DNA of 64,000 nucleotides, from the IMG/VR virus record IMGVR_UViG_3300029913_000001. One strand, written 5' to 3'. Within the stretch, counting starts at the first letter, position 1; every line of letters starts with the position of its first letter. This stretch comes from a virus. Its lineage: Duplodnaviria > Caudoviricetes. This document shows positions 1 to 9,457 of this stretch, one piece after another. Under the pieces are notes generated by a model. It had not been told where the DNA came from. It saw only the letters and a list, made by a program, of their open reading frames with translations, and searched no databases. The translations under genes were made by a program, and so were the position numbers.

Positions 1-1
1 C

Positions 2-775
2 TTTGGAATTAATACCCGATGGTGTACTGCGGCAAAAGAAAATAATATGTTTGCAGATTATAATAAGCAAGGCCCATTATATATTGTTTTGTTCAAAAAA
101 GAAAATGAAAGATATCAATTTCATTTTGAAACACAACAATTTATGAATGAACGCGATAAAAAAATAAAGCCAAATGAATTAGCCGATAAATACCCAATTT
201 TATGGAAAATATTTACACCAATTGCCGAACACAGCGGTTCAATTATATTAAATGCACATCCAAGTGAAGCAATTCAATTAGTTGCAGTTAAACAATACGG
301 GTATGCAATTCAATATATCAAAAATCCAAGTGAAGCAATTCAATTAGCCGCAGTTAAACAAAATGGAATTGCGATTAAATTTATAAAAAATCCAAGTGAA
401 GCCATGCAATTAGCCGCAGTTAAACAACACGGGTATGAGATTAAATTTATCAAAAATCCAAGTGAAGCAATTCAATTAGTTGCGGTTAAACAAGATGGAA
501 CTTCGATTAAATTTATCAAAAATCCAAGTGAAGCAATTCAATTAGTTGCGGTTAAACAAGATGGAACTTCGATTAAATTTATCAAAAATCCAAGTGAAGC
601 AATTCAATTAGTTGCGGTTAAACAAGATGGTTATGCAATTCAATATATCAAAAATCCAAGTGAAGCAATTCAATTAGTTGCAGTTAAACAATACGGGTAT
701 GCAATTCAATATATCAAAAATCCAAGTGAAGCAATTCAATTAGCCGCAGTTAAACAAATAAAAAGTATGAGGTAG
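2..775 (+). CDS. 5'-truncated protein: PcfJ-like TxWCT domain followed by 22-aa DUF4116-like repeats
   Basis: Frame is open from base 2 (FGINTRWCTAAKENNMFADYNKQGPLYIV). C-terminal half is about 7.5 copies of NPSEAIQLxAVKQxGxxIxxIK. Confidence 0.7.
   Translation, partial: FGINTRWCTAAKENNMFADYNKQGPLYIVLFKKENERYQFHFETQQFMNERDKKIKPNELADKYPILWKIFTPIAEHSGSIILNAHPSEAIQLVAVKQYGYAIQYIKNPSEAIQLAAVKQNGIAIKFIKNPSEAMQLAAVKQHGYEIKFIKNPSEAIQLVAVKQDGTSIKFIKNPSEAIQLVAVKQDGTSIKFIKNPSEAIQLVAVKQDGYAIQYIKNPSEAIQLVAVKQYGYAIQYIKNPSEAIQLAAVKQIKSMR
260..757 (+). repeat. 66-bp coding tandem repeat, about 7.5 units
   Basis: CCAAGTGAAGC recurs at 260, 326, 392, 458, 524, 590, 656 and 722. Confidence 0.95.
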
Positions 776-781
776 AAAAAC

Positions 782-1165
782 GTGCGATTTAAAGAACTTA
801 TATTCGAATCTTATTCTGCATATGTTCTAACTAAAAAGAGCCGATCCTTATTATTAAATAAATTTCCCCCGAAATTTTCAAAAGTCGATGCCGATCATAT
901 AACAGTCAAATTCGGTCTTAATAAGACAGATAGAATACCACATGAGGCTAAAATTCAGGTCGTTGGGTATGCTTCTGATGCAAGTCTCGAATGTTGTGTA
1001 ATAGCAGTTAATGGTAAAACTGTTCGGCCTGACGGTAGCACCTATCATATAACTTTATCGTATGACAGCGGCAGAAAACCAGTTGAATCAAATCATCTTC
1101 TAAAACATGGTTGGACCTCAGTAACTCCGTTAGATATATCTGCGAAACCAACTATTTTAAAATAA
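782..1165 (+). CDS. 2H phosphoesterase-family protein
   Basis: Two HxT motifs (DHITVKFG, TYHITLS) about 50 aa apart; GTG start; leader MRFKELIFES. Confidence 0.7.
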   Translation: MRFKELIFESYSAYVLTKKSRSLLLNKFPPKFSKVDADHITVKFGLNKTDRIPHEAKIQVVGYASDASLECCVIAVNGKTVRPDGSTYHITLSYDSGRKPVESNHLLKHGWTSVTPLDISAKPTILK

Positions 1166-1192
1166 TATGAGAGGATCTGAATAAATATAATT

Positions 1193-1648
1193 ATGAGAGC
1201 ATCTGAATTTTTACGCCAAGCAAAAGCAATGAATCAAGTCTTTACTAAAAAGTTTCCGTTGACCGTGTATCACGGAACCAATGAAAATTATATTACCGCT
1301 ATTAAAGAAAATGGGTTAAAAGCAAGATCTTATGTCGCAACGAGTTTTCACGCCGCGCAATCATACGCTTTCGAAAAAGTTTTCAACGGCCATCACTATA
1401 AAAGAGATAAAGAAGAATTCAAAAATGTAGACATGGCATCTATGCCTAAACTGTTTGTTTTAACAATTATTATACCAGATAATTCATATTTAGATTGGTC
1501 GGGAGCAAATGCGTTTGATGTAACTCAAAAAATTATCTTACCCGAATATTTTGAAAAAATTACAGAAATTGATTATGCTACTGTGTTTAATAACATATAT
1601 AAAATTGCTCCGTGGGATATGAGGGCGAAACCTAAAAAACATAGATAA
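1193..1648 (+). CDS. ADP-ribosyltransferase-fold protein (H-G-T type)
   Basis: VYHGT...I..NGL...YVATSF..A..YA pattern typical of PARP/Tpt1-like ART folds; ATAAATA late promoter at 1181-1187. Confidence 0.55.
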   Translation: MRASEFLRQAKAMNQVFTKKFPLTVYHGTNENYITAIKENGLKARSYVATSFHAAQSYAFEKVFNGHHYKRDKEEFKNVDMASMPKLFVLTIIIPDNSYLDWSGANAFDVTQKIILPEYFEKITEIDYATVFNNIYKIAPWDMRAKPKKHR

Positions 1649-1840
1649 TCCATATTCTCTAGCACATAATAATTATATACTAACTTTTAATAGCCAGCAA
1701 GATAATTAGACCAATATACTTTTGATCCTGCTGCTAAAATAAAGCTATAACTAAAAAATATCATTATATAAGCCAAAGTATAATTACTACTTGCATTACT
1801 TTTGAGAAAGCATTACTACATACTTATAGTGAGGCGATCT

Positions 1841-3589
1841 GTGATAGATATATTACAAAACATTATTAATACAAGACCGTTCTATGCATCCCGAATTATT
1901 GCTAATAATACCGAAATGTGGAAATGGGTAATGCAACATTGCGATCCTTTATGCATTGATGACAAAACTCGAATTTATACCGCAATATCAGGCGAAAAAA
2001 TTCAATGCCCATGCGGCTCCGGAAAACTTAGAAAATTGTCTAAATGGTATTCGGGATTATCTTTTTGTGGAAGAGCAGGAAAGTGTTCTGCTGCAAAAGA
2101 AGCGGTGATTAAAAAATGTACCGCCGCTGCCAAAGGATGGGATAAAAAAGCGGCCGCTGCAAAAAGAAAAACAACGAATCTTAAGAAATATGGCATAACT
2201 AATACCGGCCAGCTTGAAAAATCAAAACTTGCTAGAAAAGCAGTGTACGACGATCCCACTAAAGTCAAAGAAATTCTTCAAAAAATGCAGGCCACTAACC
2301 GGGAACGATATGGTGTTGATAACCCATCTCAAAATCCAGAAATTCATAAACGTCAGACGAATACAATGTATGAGAGGTACGGCGCGGCTAACGCCATTAA
2401 AATTGCAGATTTTAAAAATCAAATGCAGCAAACTAATATCGAAAGATATGGCGTACCATACGCATCACAAAATGCAGATATTGCAAGAAAAATTGGGCTA
2501 ACTAAAAAACAGACCATGTTGGAGGGAACTGGCAGGCCACACGAAACTCAAATTCATATATCTAACGATGCATGGAATATTCTTCATGATAAAGATAAAT
2601 TTACTGAATTGTTAACCTTACTTGGACGCACAGAATTAGCAAAAATGTTAGGAGTATGTGTAAATACTATTTCCGTATATCATTATAATTTTGGGCTAGA
2701 TATATTAAAAAATTCAGAATCGGCTGTGGAAATTGAAATTACGAACTGGCTCACTGGATTAAATATAAGTTCCCATAAAGATCGAACAATATGTGAGGGA
2801 AAAGAATTAGATTTTTATATTCCTTCATATAATCTAGCAATTGAATATAATGGCCTATTTTGGCATTCTGAAGCACGAGGAAAAGATAAAAATTATCATT
2901 ACAATAAAATGTTACAATGTAATAAAAATAACATCCATCTAATTCATATTTTTGAGGATGAGTGGATTAAAAATCCAAACACATGCAAATCAATTATACA
3001 GCAAAATCTTCATCTAGGAAATAGGATTGCTGCACGAAAATGCAAGATTAAAGAAATCCCCAATAACGACATGCGGGAATTCTTAAACAAAAATCATTTA
3101 CAAGGTTGGGTTAACGGAACGCACGCATATGTGCTGACCTATCAAGATGAAATTGTGGCGGCAATGACATTTGGCAAACCTCGATATAACAAGCAAGCCG
3201 ATTGGGAACTTTTACGACTTACATTTAAAAACAACACAGTTATTATGGGTGGCGCTCAAAAATTATGGAAATTCGCCATTAATGAATTACAGGCAACATC
3301 TATTATCTCTTATTGCGATCGGCGATGGTTCACCGGCGCGGTGTACAATAAACTCGGATTCACTCTTAAAACTCCGGGTGCGCCTACATATTGGTACACA
3401 GATTATGTCTCTAGATGGCACCGTAGTAAATTTACAAAGAAAAATTTATTAAAATTAAGCAAAAATATCGATATAAATCCTACCCAAGAAGATTGGTCTA
3501 TATATAGTGAATCCCAAATAACAAAAGATATTCTCGGATTAGATCGAATTTGGGATTGCGGTCAAGATAGTTGGTTTTGGACAAAATAG
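1841..3589 (+). CDS. Hef-like free-standing PD-(D/E)XK homing endonuclease
   Basis: Repeated ERYGVxN segments, ELDFYIPSYNLAIEYNGLFWH nuclease motif, and C-terminal FLNKNHLQG...WELLRL...WDCG domain. GTG at 1841 follows a GAGG RBS, so preferred over the track start at 1802. Confidence 0.75.
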   Translation: MIDILQNIINTRPFYASRIIANNTEMWKWVMQHCDPLCIDDKTRIYTAISGEKIQCPCGSGKLRKLSKWYSGLSFCGRAGKCSAAKEAVIKKCTAAAKGWDKKAAAAKRKTTNLKKYGITNTGQLEKSKLARKAVYDDPTKVKEILQKMQATNRERYGVDNPSQNPEIHKRQTNTMYERYGAANAIKIADFKNQMQQTNIERYGVPYASQNADIARKIGLTKKQTMLEGTGRPHETQIHISNDAWNILHDKDKFTELLTLLGRTELAKMLGVCVNTISVYHYNFGLDILKNSESAVEIEITNWLTGLNISSHKDRTICEGKELDFYIPSYNLAIEYNGLFWHSEARGKDKNYHYNKMLQCNKNNIHLIHIFEDEWIKNPNTCKSIIQQNLHLGNRIAARKCKIKEIPNNDMREFLNKNHLQGWVNGTHAYVLTYQDEIVAAMTFGKPRYNKQADWELLRLTFKNNTVIMGGAQKLWKFAINELQATSIISYCDRRWFTGAVYNKLGFTLKTPGAPTYWYTDYVSRWHRSKFTKKNLLKLSKNIDINPTQEDWSIYSESQITKDILGLDRIWDCGQDSWFWTK

Positions 3590-3590
3590 T

Positions 3591-3620
3591 AAAAAGCCTA
3601 TCTAGATTGATAGGCTTTTT
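3591..3620. terminator. Bidirectional intrinsic terminator
   Basis: AAAAAGCCTATC-TAGATT-GATAGGCTTTTT between convergent genes. Confidence 0.9.
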
Positions 3621-3623
3621 AGT

Positions 3624-5162
3624 TTAAATATGTTTCCAAGTTTTTCTAGAAATAATATAATAGATAATTACATCTGACACTCCAAATTCATTCGCGAATG
3701 ATTTATATGTGGTAACTCCTTTTATATATCTAGATCGAATTTCTAATACTTGAGATTCAGTAAGTTTGGCTTTTGCACAACGTTCACCTTTTGGACCGGT
3801 GCCGGGATGTAACTTGCCTTTTTGCGCAAGACTCATGTTAGCGCGGGCTTCGTCTGATTTTGGTTTATTTTTTAACGCTTCTCTAATTTTTTGTTTTGTT
3901 ACTTCGGATCGGCATCTTCCTCGATTTGGATTATTTTCGCTAGATAAAGCCGTTGATATTTTTTGAATTGTCTCCGGAGATTTATTTTTACCTGGGTTAG
4001 CATCACTTTTCATGCGATTCGATAATCTCTGCCGAGCCTCTGCCGATATATTCGATGAACGACCTTTCATTTTTAGACTCTGTGCTAATTTTTGTTCGGG
4101 TGTTTTGTGTGTTCCAAAATTCGGATTATCTGCGCCGCATCTAGGATTTTTAGCGTGCGCAATACTCATATTTTCTTTTGCTTTTTCTGATTTCGGTACT
4201 CCTTTCTGCGCGGCGCTCATTTTCTTTTTAGTCTCTTCTGATTTGGGTTTACTATTCGCTTTGCGAATTCGTTCTAGCCCACCTGGCCCAGGTGATTTTC
4301 TTCCAGCCGCATTAAGATTAATCCACCTAGAATCGTTAACTACGTGGCATCGGCGTAATACCGATTGTTCCCAATAATCTGCTTGTGGAATTGTATCAAA
4401 AGTTCGTCTTATTTCATATTCAAATGATTCGATTCCATATTCTTTAATTAATTTATTAATTTGCTTGGAACTAGTAGTATAATTAAACATAAAATCTTGC
4501 AACGGAGTTAGACCTAATTTAATATTTTTAGTTCTAACTCCATAATAAACTTGGCCGGTCGGCTTAAATTTAAGTAGATATGTATATGGTCGAATTTCAT
4601 TTATTTCTCTTTGATATTTCGAACTATATTGTCTACGGGTTTTAATCCGATTATCGATTACTTTTTGGATTTTCTCTTGTTTTAGTCGTTCTTTTCCTCT
4701 CTTATATTTTTCCGAGCAAGCTCGTCTAATTAATTCTCGTTCAGTTTTACGACGTTCGAATTCTTCAACTCGTTCTGGGATTTGTGCTGCATTAGTAACG
4801 CCTTCACCATAGGTCTCTTCCATATTTTCCATTCGATGTTCAACCATTTGCTGAACTGCTTCTGGATGAGTTTTCCAAAAATTCGATAAATTTTCTGCCT
4901 GACTTGCAGATTTACATTTTTTCGATCCGCATGTATTCCAATATCCTTTTTCAAATGTATTAAACAATAAATTCTCACCGCAATCACATTTCGATGGCTC
5001 AATATTCCTAGTAATGCAATAAAATTGCTCATTAATATTACGACAATTTCTTGTATTATTCCAATTATCCAAAAATTTTCGAAGTTCCGGCCTCGAATGT
5101 ACTAATCTATGAAAACTTTTTGAATTATATTTTTGTACTAGCTCTTGAATTAATGAAATCAT
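3624..5162 (-). CDS. GIY-YIG (Seg-like) homing endonuclease with NUMOD3 repeats and C-terminal HTH
   Basis: YTYLLKFKPTGQVYYGVR GIY-YIG variant; repeated KSEETKKKMS-type motifs; KLTESQVLEIR HTH; lies just downstream of the capsid gene like T4 segD. Confidence 0.8.
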   Translation of the reverse strand: MISLIQELVQKYNSKSFHRLVHSRPELRKFLDNWNNTRNCRNINEQFYCITRNIEPSKCDCGENLLFNTFEKGYWNTCGSKKCKSASQAENLSNFWKTHPEAVQQMVEHRMENMEETYGEGVTNAAQIPERVEEFERRKTERELIRRACSEKYKRGKERLKQEKIQKVIDNRIKTRRQYSSKYQREINEIRPYTYLLKFKPTGQVYYGVRTKNIKLGLTPLQDFMFNYTTSSKQINKLIKEYGIESFEYEIRRTFDTIPQADYWEQSVLRRCHVVNDSRWINLNAAGRKSPGPGGLERIRKANSKPKSEETKKKMSAAQKGVPKSEKAKENMSIAHAKNPRCGADNPNFGTHKTPEQKLAQSLKMKGRSSNISAEARQRLSNRMKSDANPGKNKSPETIQKISTALSSENNPNRGRCRSEVTKQKIREALKNKPKSDEARANMSLAQKGKLHPGTGPKGERCAKAKLTESQVLEIRSRYIKGVTTYKSFANEFGVSDVIIYYIISRKTWKHI

Positions 5163-5256
5163 ATTTTCTCCTATATAATATATGTGTATTTATTATATTA
5201 TTCATATAATACCATATAAGAGATTAAAATGCAAGATTTATTTGTGTTCGAGCAAG

Positions 5257-5292
5257 AAAATGTCCGATAAATTTAAATTTATCGGACATTTT
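5257..5292. terminator. Perfect 36-bp palindrome, terminator after the major capsid gene
   Basis: AAAATGTCCGATAAATTT|AAATTTATCGGACATTTT. Confidence 0.85.
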
Positions 5293-5318
5293 GTTAGTGT
5301 AACGTTTGAAGCTGGTTA

Positions 5319-6503
5319 CTATGAAAAACTCAAATTTGCAACCGAAATCGAACTCAAATAATCGGCAGCATTACCCAAAGAACTAACGGAATTTGTTAGT
5401 TCAACGTATCCATATCTCGTGAGAAATGAGACCACGGGTTCGAAGGTAACTGGGTCAAGAACAACACCAGAACTCATCAAAGGAATATATGGACAGTAGA
5501 AAGCCGCTGCATCTGACTCACTTGCGCCCTTATAACCAACCAATACTGGAATTGCGTCATTTGCATAGCCGTCAACATAAATCTTCATTGAGCTATTCAA
5601 AGTTCCTACAAATTTAGTGTTAGTTGGCGCCTCAAATGTGCCTTCAGTTGTTCTTGCGAACGCTGAAGTAGTTGCTGACTGAAGAACAGTTAGTGCCGTA
5701 GGACTTACAACTGCCCAGTTACCTGCACCTCTACGTGTTCTCTGAGCAATTAAGTTAGCTGCTCGGTTAATCATAACTGCAAGTGCCGCGTGCTCATCGC
5801 CTACATAAGTAGCAGTACCTGAAACCAATGACTGATCAAAAGTCTGATCTGTGCCACTTAATGCGCGTAATGAACCCAAGATTTCCTGATCAATTTCAGC
5901 GGTGATTTCCTGAGCCAATGCAGCCATAATTTCGGCTTCTACATCAATACCGTGCATTGCCTGAGCGTCCTGAGCCGCTTCAAATGTCCAACGTGCAGAT
6001 AGCTTACGTGACTTAGCTTCAACAGTCTGACGTAGAATCTGAACATTGATCTTGTTACCAGCCTGTCCTTCTAGGTTAGCAGTCCAATCAGCCTGTCCAG
6101 TTGTTGCACTACCAGAGTAAGCAGTTGCAATCTTGAATGGGCTTAGGGCTTCGTCGCCTGCTGTCGTGCCAGTATTCCACGGATAAGGAGCAGTAACATT
6201 TTCAGTCTGAGCATATCGTACACGCAAAGTCTGAATCTGACCTACTGGGCCTGTCATCGGCTGTACACCAACTAACTCGTTAGCGATAACGGTTGGCATA
6301 ACACGTCGAATAACCGGTAGAATTACACGATTTAATGTTGCGATATTACCGGCTGCTGTTGAGCCACTAGTTGCACTCTCAAGCAGTGATTTGCGGGTGT
6401 TCTCGAGGATTGTAGCCATAACTGTCTTACGGTTACCTTGAAGTCCTTCGAGCAGGGCATTTTTTGTGTCAGCCCAACGATTTTCCAATAATGGTGTAGC
6501 CAT
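5319..6503 (-). CDS. gp23: Major capsid protein (T4 gp23 family)
   Basis: VQPMTGPVGQI, VEAKSRKLSARWTFEAAQD, LAQEITAEIDQEI, FYCPYIPL and TRYG motifs; AGGAG RBS. Confidence 0.97.
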   Translation of the reverse strand: MATPLLENRWADTKNALLEGLQGNRKTVMATILENTRKSLLESATSGSTAAGNIATLNRVILPVIRRVMPTVIANELVGVQPMTGPVGQIQTLRVRYAQTENVTAPYPWNTGTTAGDEALSPFKIATAYSGSATTGQADWTANLEGQAGNKINVQILRQTVEAKSRKLSARWTFEAAQDAQAMHGIDVEAEIMAALAQEITAEIDQEILGSLRALSGTDQTFDQSLVSGTATYVGDEHAALAVMINRAANLIAQRTRRGAGNWAVVSPTALTVLQSATTSAFARTTEGTFEAPTNTKFVGTLNSSMKIYVDGYANDAIPVLVGYKGASESDAAAFYCPYIPLMSSGVVLDPVTFEPVVSFLTRYGYVELTNSVSSLGNAADYLSSISVANLSFS

Positions 6504-6514
6504 TGTTCTTCTCC

Positions 6515-7582
6515 TTAAATATTATACCCTGCTAAACGTTTAATTGCCGTGAGGGAATCTTCATCCTGCGGTACTACGGTTTTAACAGCTTTGTCACCAG
6601 TAGATTCACTAATCATCTGTTTTCCAGTAGTAACCTGTTTCTTATTGGTTAATACCGCTGGCAAATATTTGTCGTATGCAGATCGTAATTGCGGAGTCTG
6701 CACAGTTTCTAATAATTGGCTCATTACTGCTTTCTTACTTCTATCTAATGGTGAAAGCAATTCCGAAAGTACGGTTGCCCGCGCCGCTCGGTTATTTAGT
6801 TTAATTAAATTCTGCTCTCTCGACTCAGCTATCTTAGTTGCCTTTGCTAACTTAGTCGTGACTTCATCTAATTTATTCTTAATTTTACGAACTTCTTTAT
6901 TTTCGTTTAAATATGTTCCTGTAAATTCAGTTGCAAAGGCTTCATAGATCTTACGGCCAAAATTATTCTGCCGTGCAATCTTTAGATCACCGTGTAACTG
7001 TGTTAGTTCATGATTTAAAGTTTCGGCAACAATTTTACTTACTGCCTTACTGCTTCTTGCAATGAACTTCTGTTTTAGTGCGGCTAACTGATTCTTTGCT
7101 TCAGAAATTAACTTGACTCTTGTTTCAGCCAAGGTCTTCTTATCTTCTGCAAATTCATTAATCTCTTCTGCTAGTGAACTAAAAACAAACTTTTCTAACT
7201 TTTTCTTATGAGCTTCTGTTAATTTACGCTCTTGCGCAAACTCTGCTAGCTCTTCAGCCAAGGCACGTGTTGCAAATGCATTGAACTTTTTAGCAGCGGA
7301 TTTCATTTCATTAACTGTTTTGAGTTTTAGCTTCGATACCTGATTGCGCTCTTCTTTAACCTGGGATATTTCCTTTGATAAAGTTTCGGCGACCATTTTG
7401 TCAAGTGTCTTGACCATAACTTTTTTATCATGCTCGTAACGCTCGGCGAATTCTTCACGGGTATTAGTCCGAATTTCGGACTTCATCTCCGTTAACTTCG
7501 CCTCCCATGCAGCATTGATGGCAGTTCGAGTCTCTTCATTTATTACTCCACTCTTAAGGAGTGATTCGAGAGCATCCAACAT
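6515..7582 (-). CDS. gp22: Prohead core scaffold protein (gp22-like)
   Basis: Coiled-coil-rich, GRKIYEAFATEF motif, immediately upstream of gp23. Confidence 0.85.
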   Translation of the reverse strand: MLDALESLLKSGVINEETRTAINAAWEAKLTEMKSEIRTNTREEFAERYEHDKKVMVKTLDKMVAETLSKEISQVKEERNQVSKLKLKTVNEMKSAAKKFNAFATRALAEELAEFAQERKLTEAHKKKLEKFVFSSLAEEINEFAEDKKTLAETRVKLISEAKNQLAALKQKFIARSSKAVSKIVAETLNHELTQLHGDLKIARQNNFGRKIYEAFATEFTGTYLNENKEVRKIKNKLDEVTTKLAKATKIAESREQNLIKLNNRAARATVLSELLSPLDRSKKAVMSQLLETVQTPQLRSAYDKYLPAVLTNKKQVTTGKQMISESTGDKAVKTVVPQDEDSLTAIKRLAGYNI

Positions 7583-7655
7583 AATTTAATCTCCTATTGC
7601 TTTTATTTATTACCGGCTTAAAAATATATGTTATTAAGCCGATTTTTCGTGTAAT

Positions 7656-7970
7656 TTACTCGGTATCTTCATCCCCACCTAAGTCTTCTAACTCAGCGAT
7701 TGTATCTTCCATTGTGCATCCAGCTTTTCCCATGTACTCATGCTCATTACTTAAAGCCATTTTAATATTTGCATACCAATATGATTTAGCACGGGAAACA
7801 ATATGATCTCCCCCAGGAATTCGCCGTACTTGATTCAATGCTTGATCAATTCTCTCTACTAGTTCGGACATTTCTTCCCAGCATTCGGATAACTCTGATA
7901 ATGTTTCTCCGCCGTCAAAAGATTCCTTAACCAACTTTTTATATTTTGTTATTTCCTCGATTAAATTCAT
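7656..7970 (-). CDS. Small protein with MNLIEEITKY leader (candidate internal head protein)
   Basis: ATG at 7970 follows a GGAG RBS; leader shared with neighbours. Confidence 0.7.
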   Translation of the reverse strand: MNLIEEITKYKKLVKESFDGGETLSELSECWEEMSELVERIDQALNQVRRIPGGDHIVSRAKSYWYANIKMALSNEHEYMGKAGCTMEDTIAELEDLGGDEDTE

Positions 7971-7972
7971 TA

Positions 7973-8464
7973 TTATCTCCTGTTGCATTCATCAATCTTT
8001 AATTTGCCTTTCTTTGAAAACGGCCCCGGTGTTACTTTTGATTCGTCGATCAATTCCCAATTTTCCTCAAAATTTTGAACTTTGTCCCAATCTTTATTTT
8101 TAACAGCATTGCGATATTCTATTACTTCTTTTTCTGATGGAACTCGAAACTTATCCCCAGAATGACTTGTTATAATTCTTTCGCCACCGTTACCTAAAGG
8201 CATTGATCCTGTAGGTACTGATTCTTTAATCGATCCCCATTTATTTTTCTGTTTTGCACGAATGGCAAATGTAAGTTGATGCTCTTTTTTCTTAAGAACT
8301 TCTGTCTTATTTGGATTTTTCTTGCATTTAGCTAATTCGGCCTTTAACTCAGAAAGAGTATAATTTTTCCATTTACCCTCATCTTTTTTCTTGGTGGCCA
8401 TCTTCTCATTCCAAGACTCGTTTAAAACATTTTGATATTTTGTTATTTCTTCAAGTAAATCCAT
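7973..8464 (-). CDS. Small protein with MDLLEEITKY leader
   Basis: Shared leader ending VLNES; internal IKES site. Confidence 0.7.
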   Translation of the reverse strand: MDLLEEITKYQNVLNESWNEKMATKKKDEGKWKNYTLSELKAELAKCKKNPNKTEVLKKKEHQLTFAIRAKQKNKWGSIKESVPTGSMPLGNGGERIITSHSGDKFRVPSEKEVIEYRNAVKNKDWDKVQNFEENWELIDESKVTPGPFSKKGKLKIDECNRR

Positions 8465-8480
8465 GTTGGCTCCTCAGTTC

Positions 8481-9041
8481 TTAATCATAATACGATGGTG
8501 TATATTTACGTGTCTTCGGTTTTTTAACCTGTCTAACTCCGTGTTTAACTAACCAATCAGCAAATTCTTTAACATTAGTAAATCCAGTAGATTTTAAATT
8601 ATCTTTTCCATTCATAAACCATGCTTCTGGATTATGAGAGGAAATATCTTGTACTACTAATCTAACTGGGCTAAACAAATAAAATTCTAATTCATCTACA
8701 TCTGCCGGGCCAACCTTACTAATCGTTAAATCTGATATAACTCGAAAGACTTGTTTTTCTTTCGGATCTGTAAAATCTTTTGGATATTTCATACGCGTTT
8801 CAAGCGACGATAATTCAGCCATTTCATAATCATATTTGTTATAATAATGATCAACAGTATTTTCATCTTGAGGACCATTAAGAAATTTAATTATAATTTT
8901 TGCATCACGTAGTGGCAATCGAATACCATACTCTTTTCCAATGGAAATCAATTCTTCCGGAGTTTTTCCTGCTAATGGCCTAGGCACCGATGATTCCAAT
9001 ATAACTCGTTTATAATTTTGAATTTCTTCTATTAGATTCAT
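8481..9041 (-). CDS. Small protein with MNLIEEIQNY leader
   Basis: Shared leader ending VILES. Confidence 0.7.
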   Translation of the reverse strand: MNLIEEIQNYKRVILESSVPRPLAGKTPEELISIGKEYGIRLPLRDAKIIIKFLNGPQDENTVDHYYNKYDYEMAELSSLETRMKYPKDFTDPKEKQVFRVISDLTISKVGPADVDELEFYLFSPVRLVVQDISSHNPEAWFMNGKDNLKSTGFTNVKEFADWLVKHGVRQVKKPKTRKYTPSYYD

Positions 9042-9051
9042 AAAAAATTCC

Positions 9052-9456
9052 TTATTTAATATATTCTTTACCTTTATTTAAAATAATATTAAATTTATCT
9101 AAATATTTCTGAGCTCGCTCTGGATTATCAAAATCAAAATAAACAGGTAGATGAGTATTTCCCGTATGAATAATTTCAACTTCATTTGTTAACCGATCAT
9201 ATTTTGTGATAATAAATTCCATTCCGGCGACATCCTTATCAACGCCATTAGAATATCTTGTAAATTCCGAATTGGGTGCAGTTTTACCAGGACCACTGAA
9301 AGCCTTTTCAAATGGGTGCTCTGCAACATTTAATGGAAGATGGGTGGTATGTGTCTTAATATGCTCATTCTCTTCTTTATAGGAACGAGGAGTAAACTCA
9401 TCTTCCGATTCATTTAATATAGATCGATAATTTTGCATTTCTTCTAATAAATTCAT
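9052..9456 (-). CDS. Small protein with MNLLEEMQNY leader
   Basis: ATG at 9456 directly after the upstream stop at 9458-9460; leader ends ILNES. Confidence 0.7.
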   Translation of the reverse strand: MNLLEEMQNYRSILNESEDEFTPRSYKEENEHIKTHTTHLPLNVAEHPFEKAFSGPGKTAPNSEFTRYSNGVDKDVAGMEFIITKYDRLTNEVEIIHTGNTHLPVYFDFDNPERAQKYLDKFNIILNKGKEYIK

Positions 9457-9457
9457 A

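Noticed and set aside
260-757. CRISPR array
   Set aside because: Repeats are contiguous, in-frame coding units without unique spacers.
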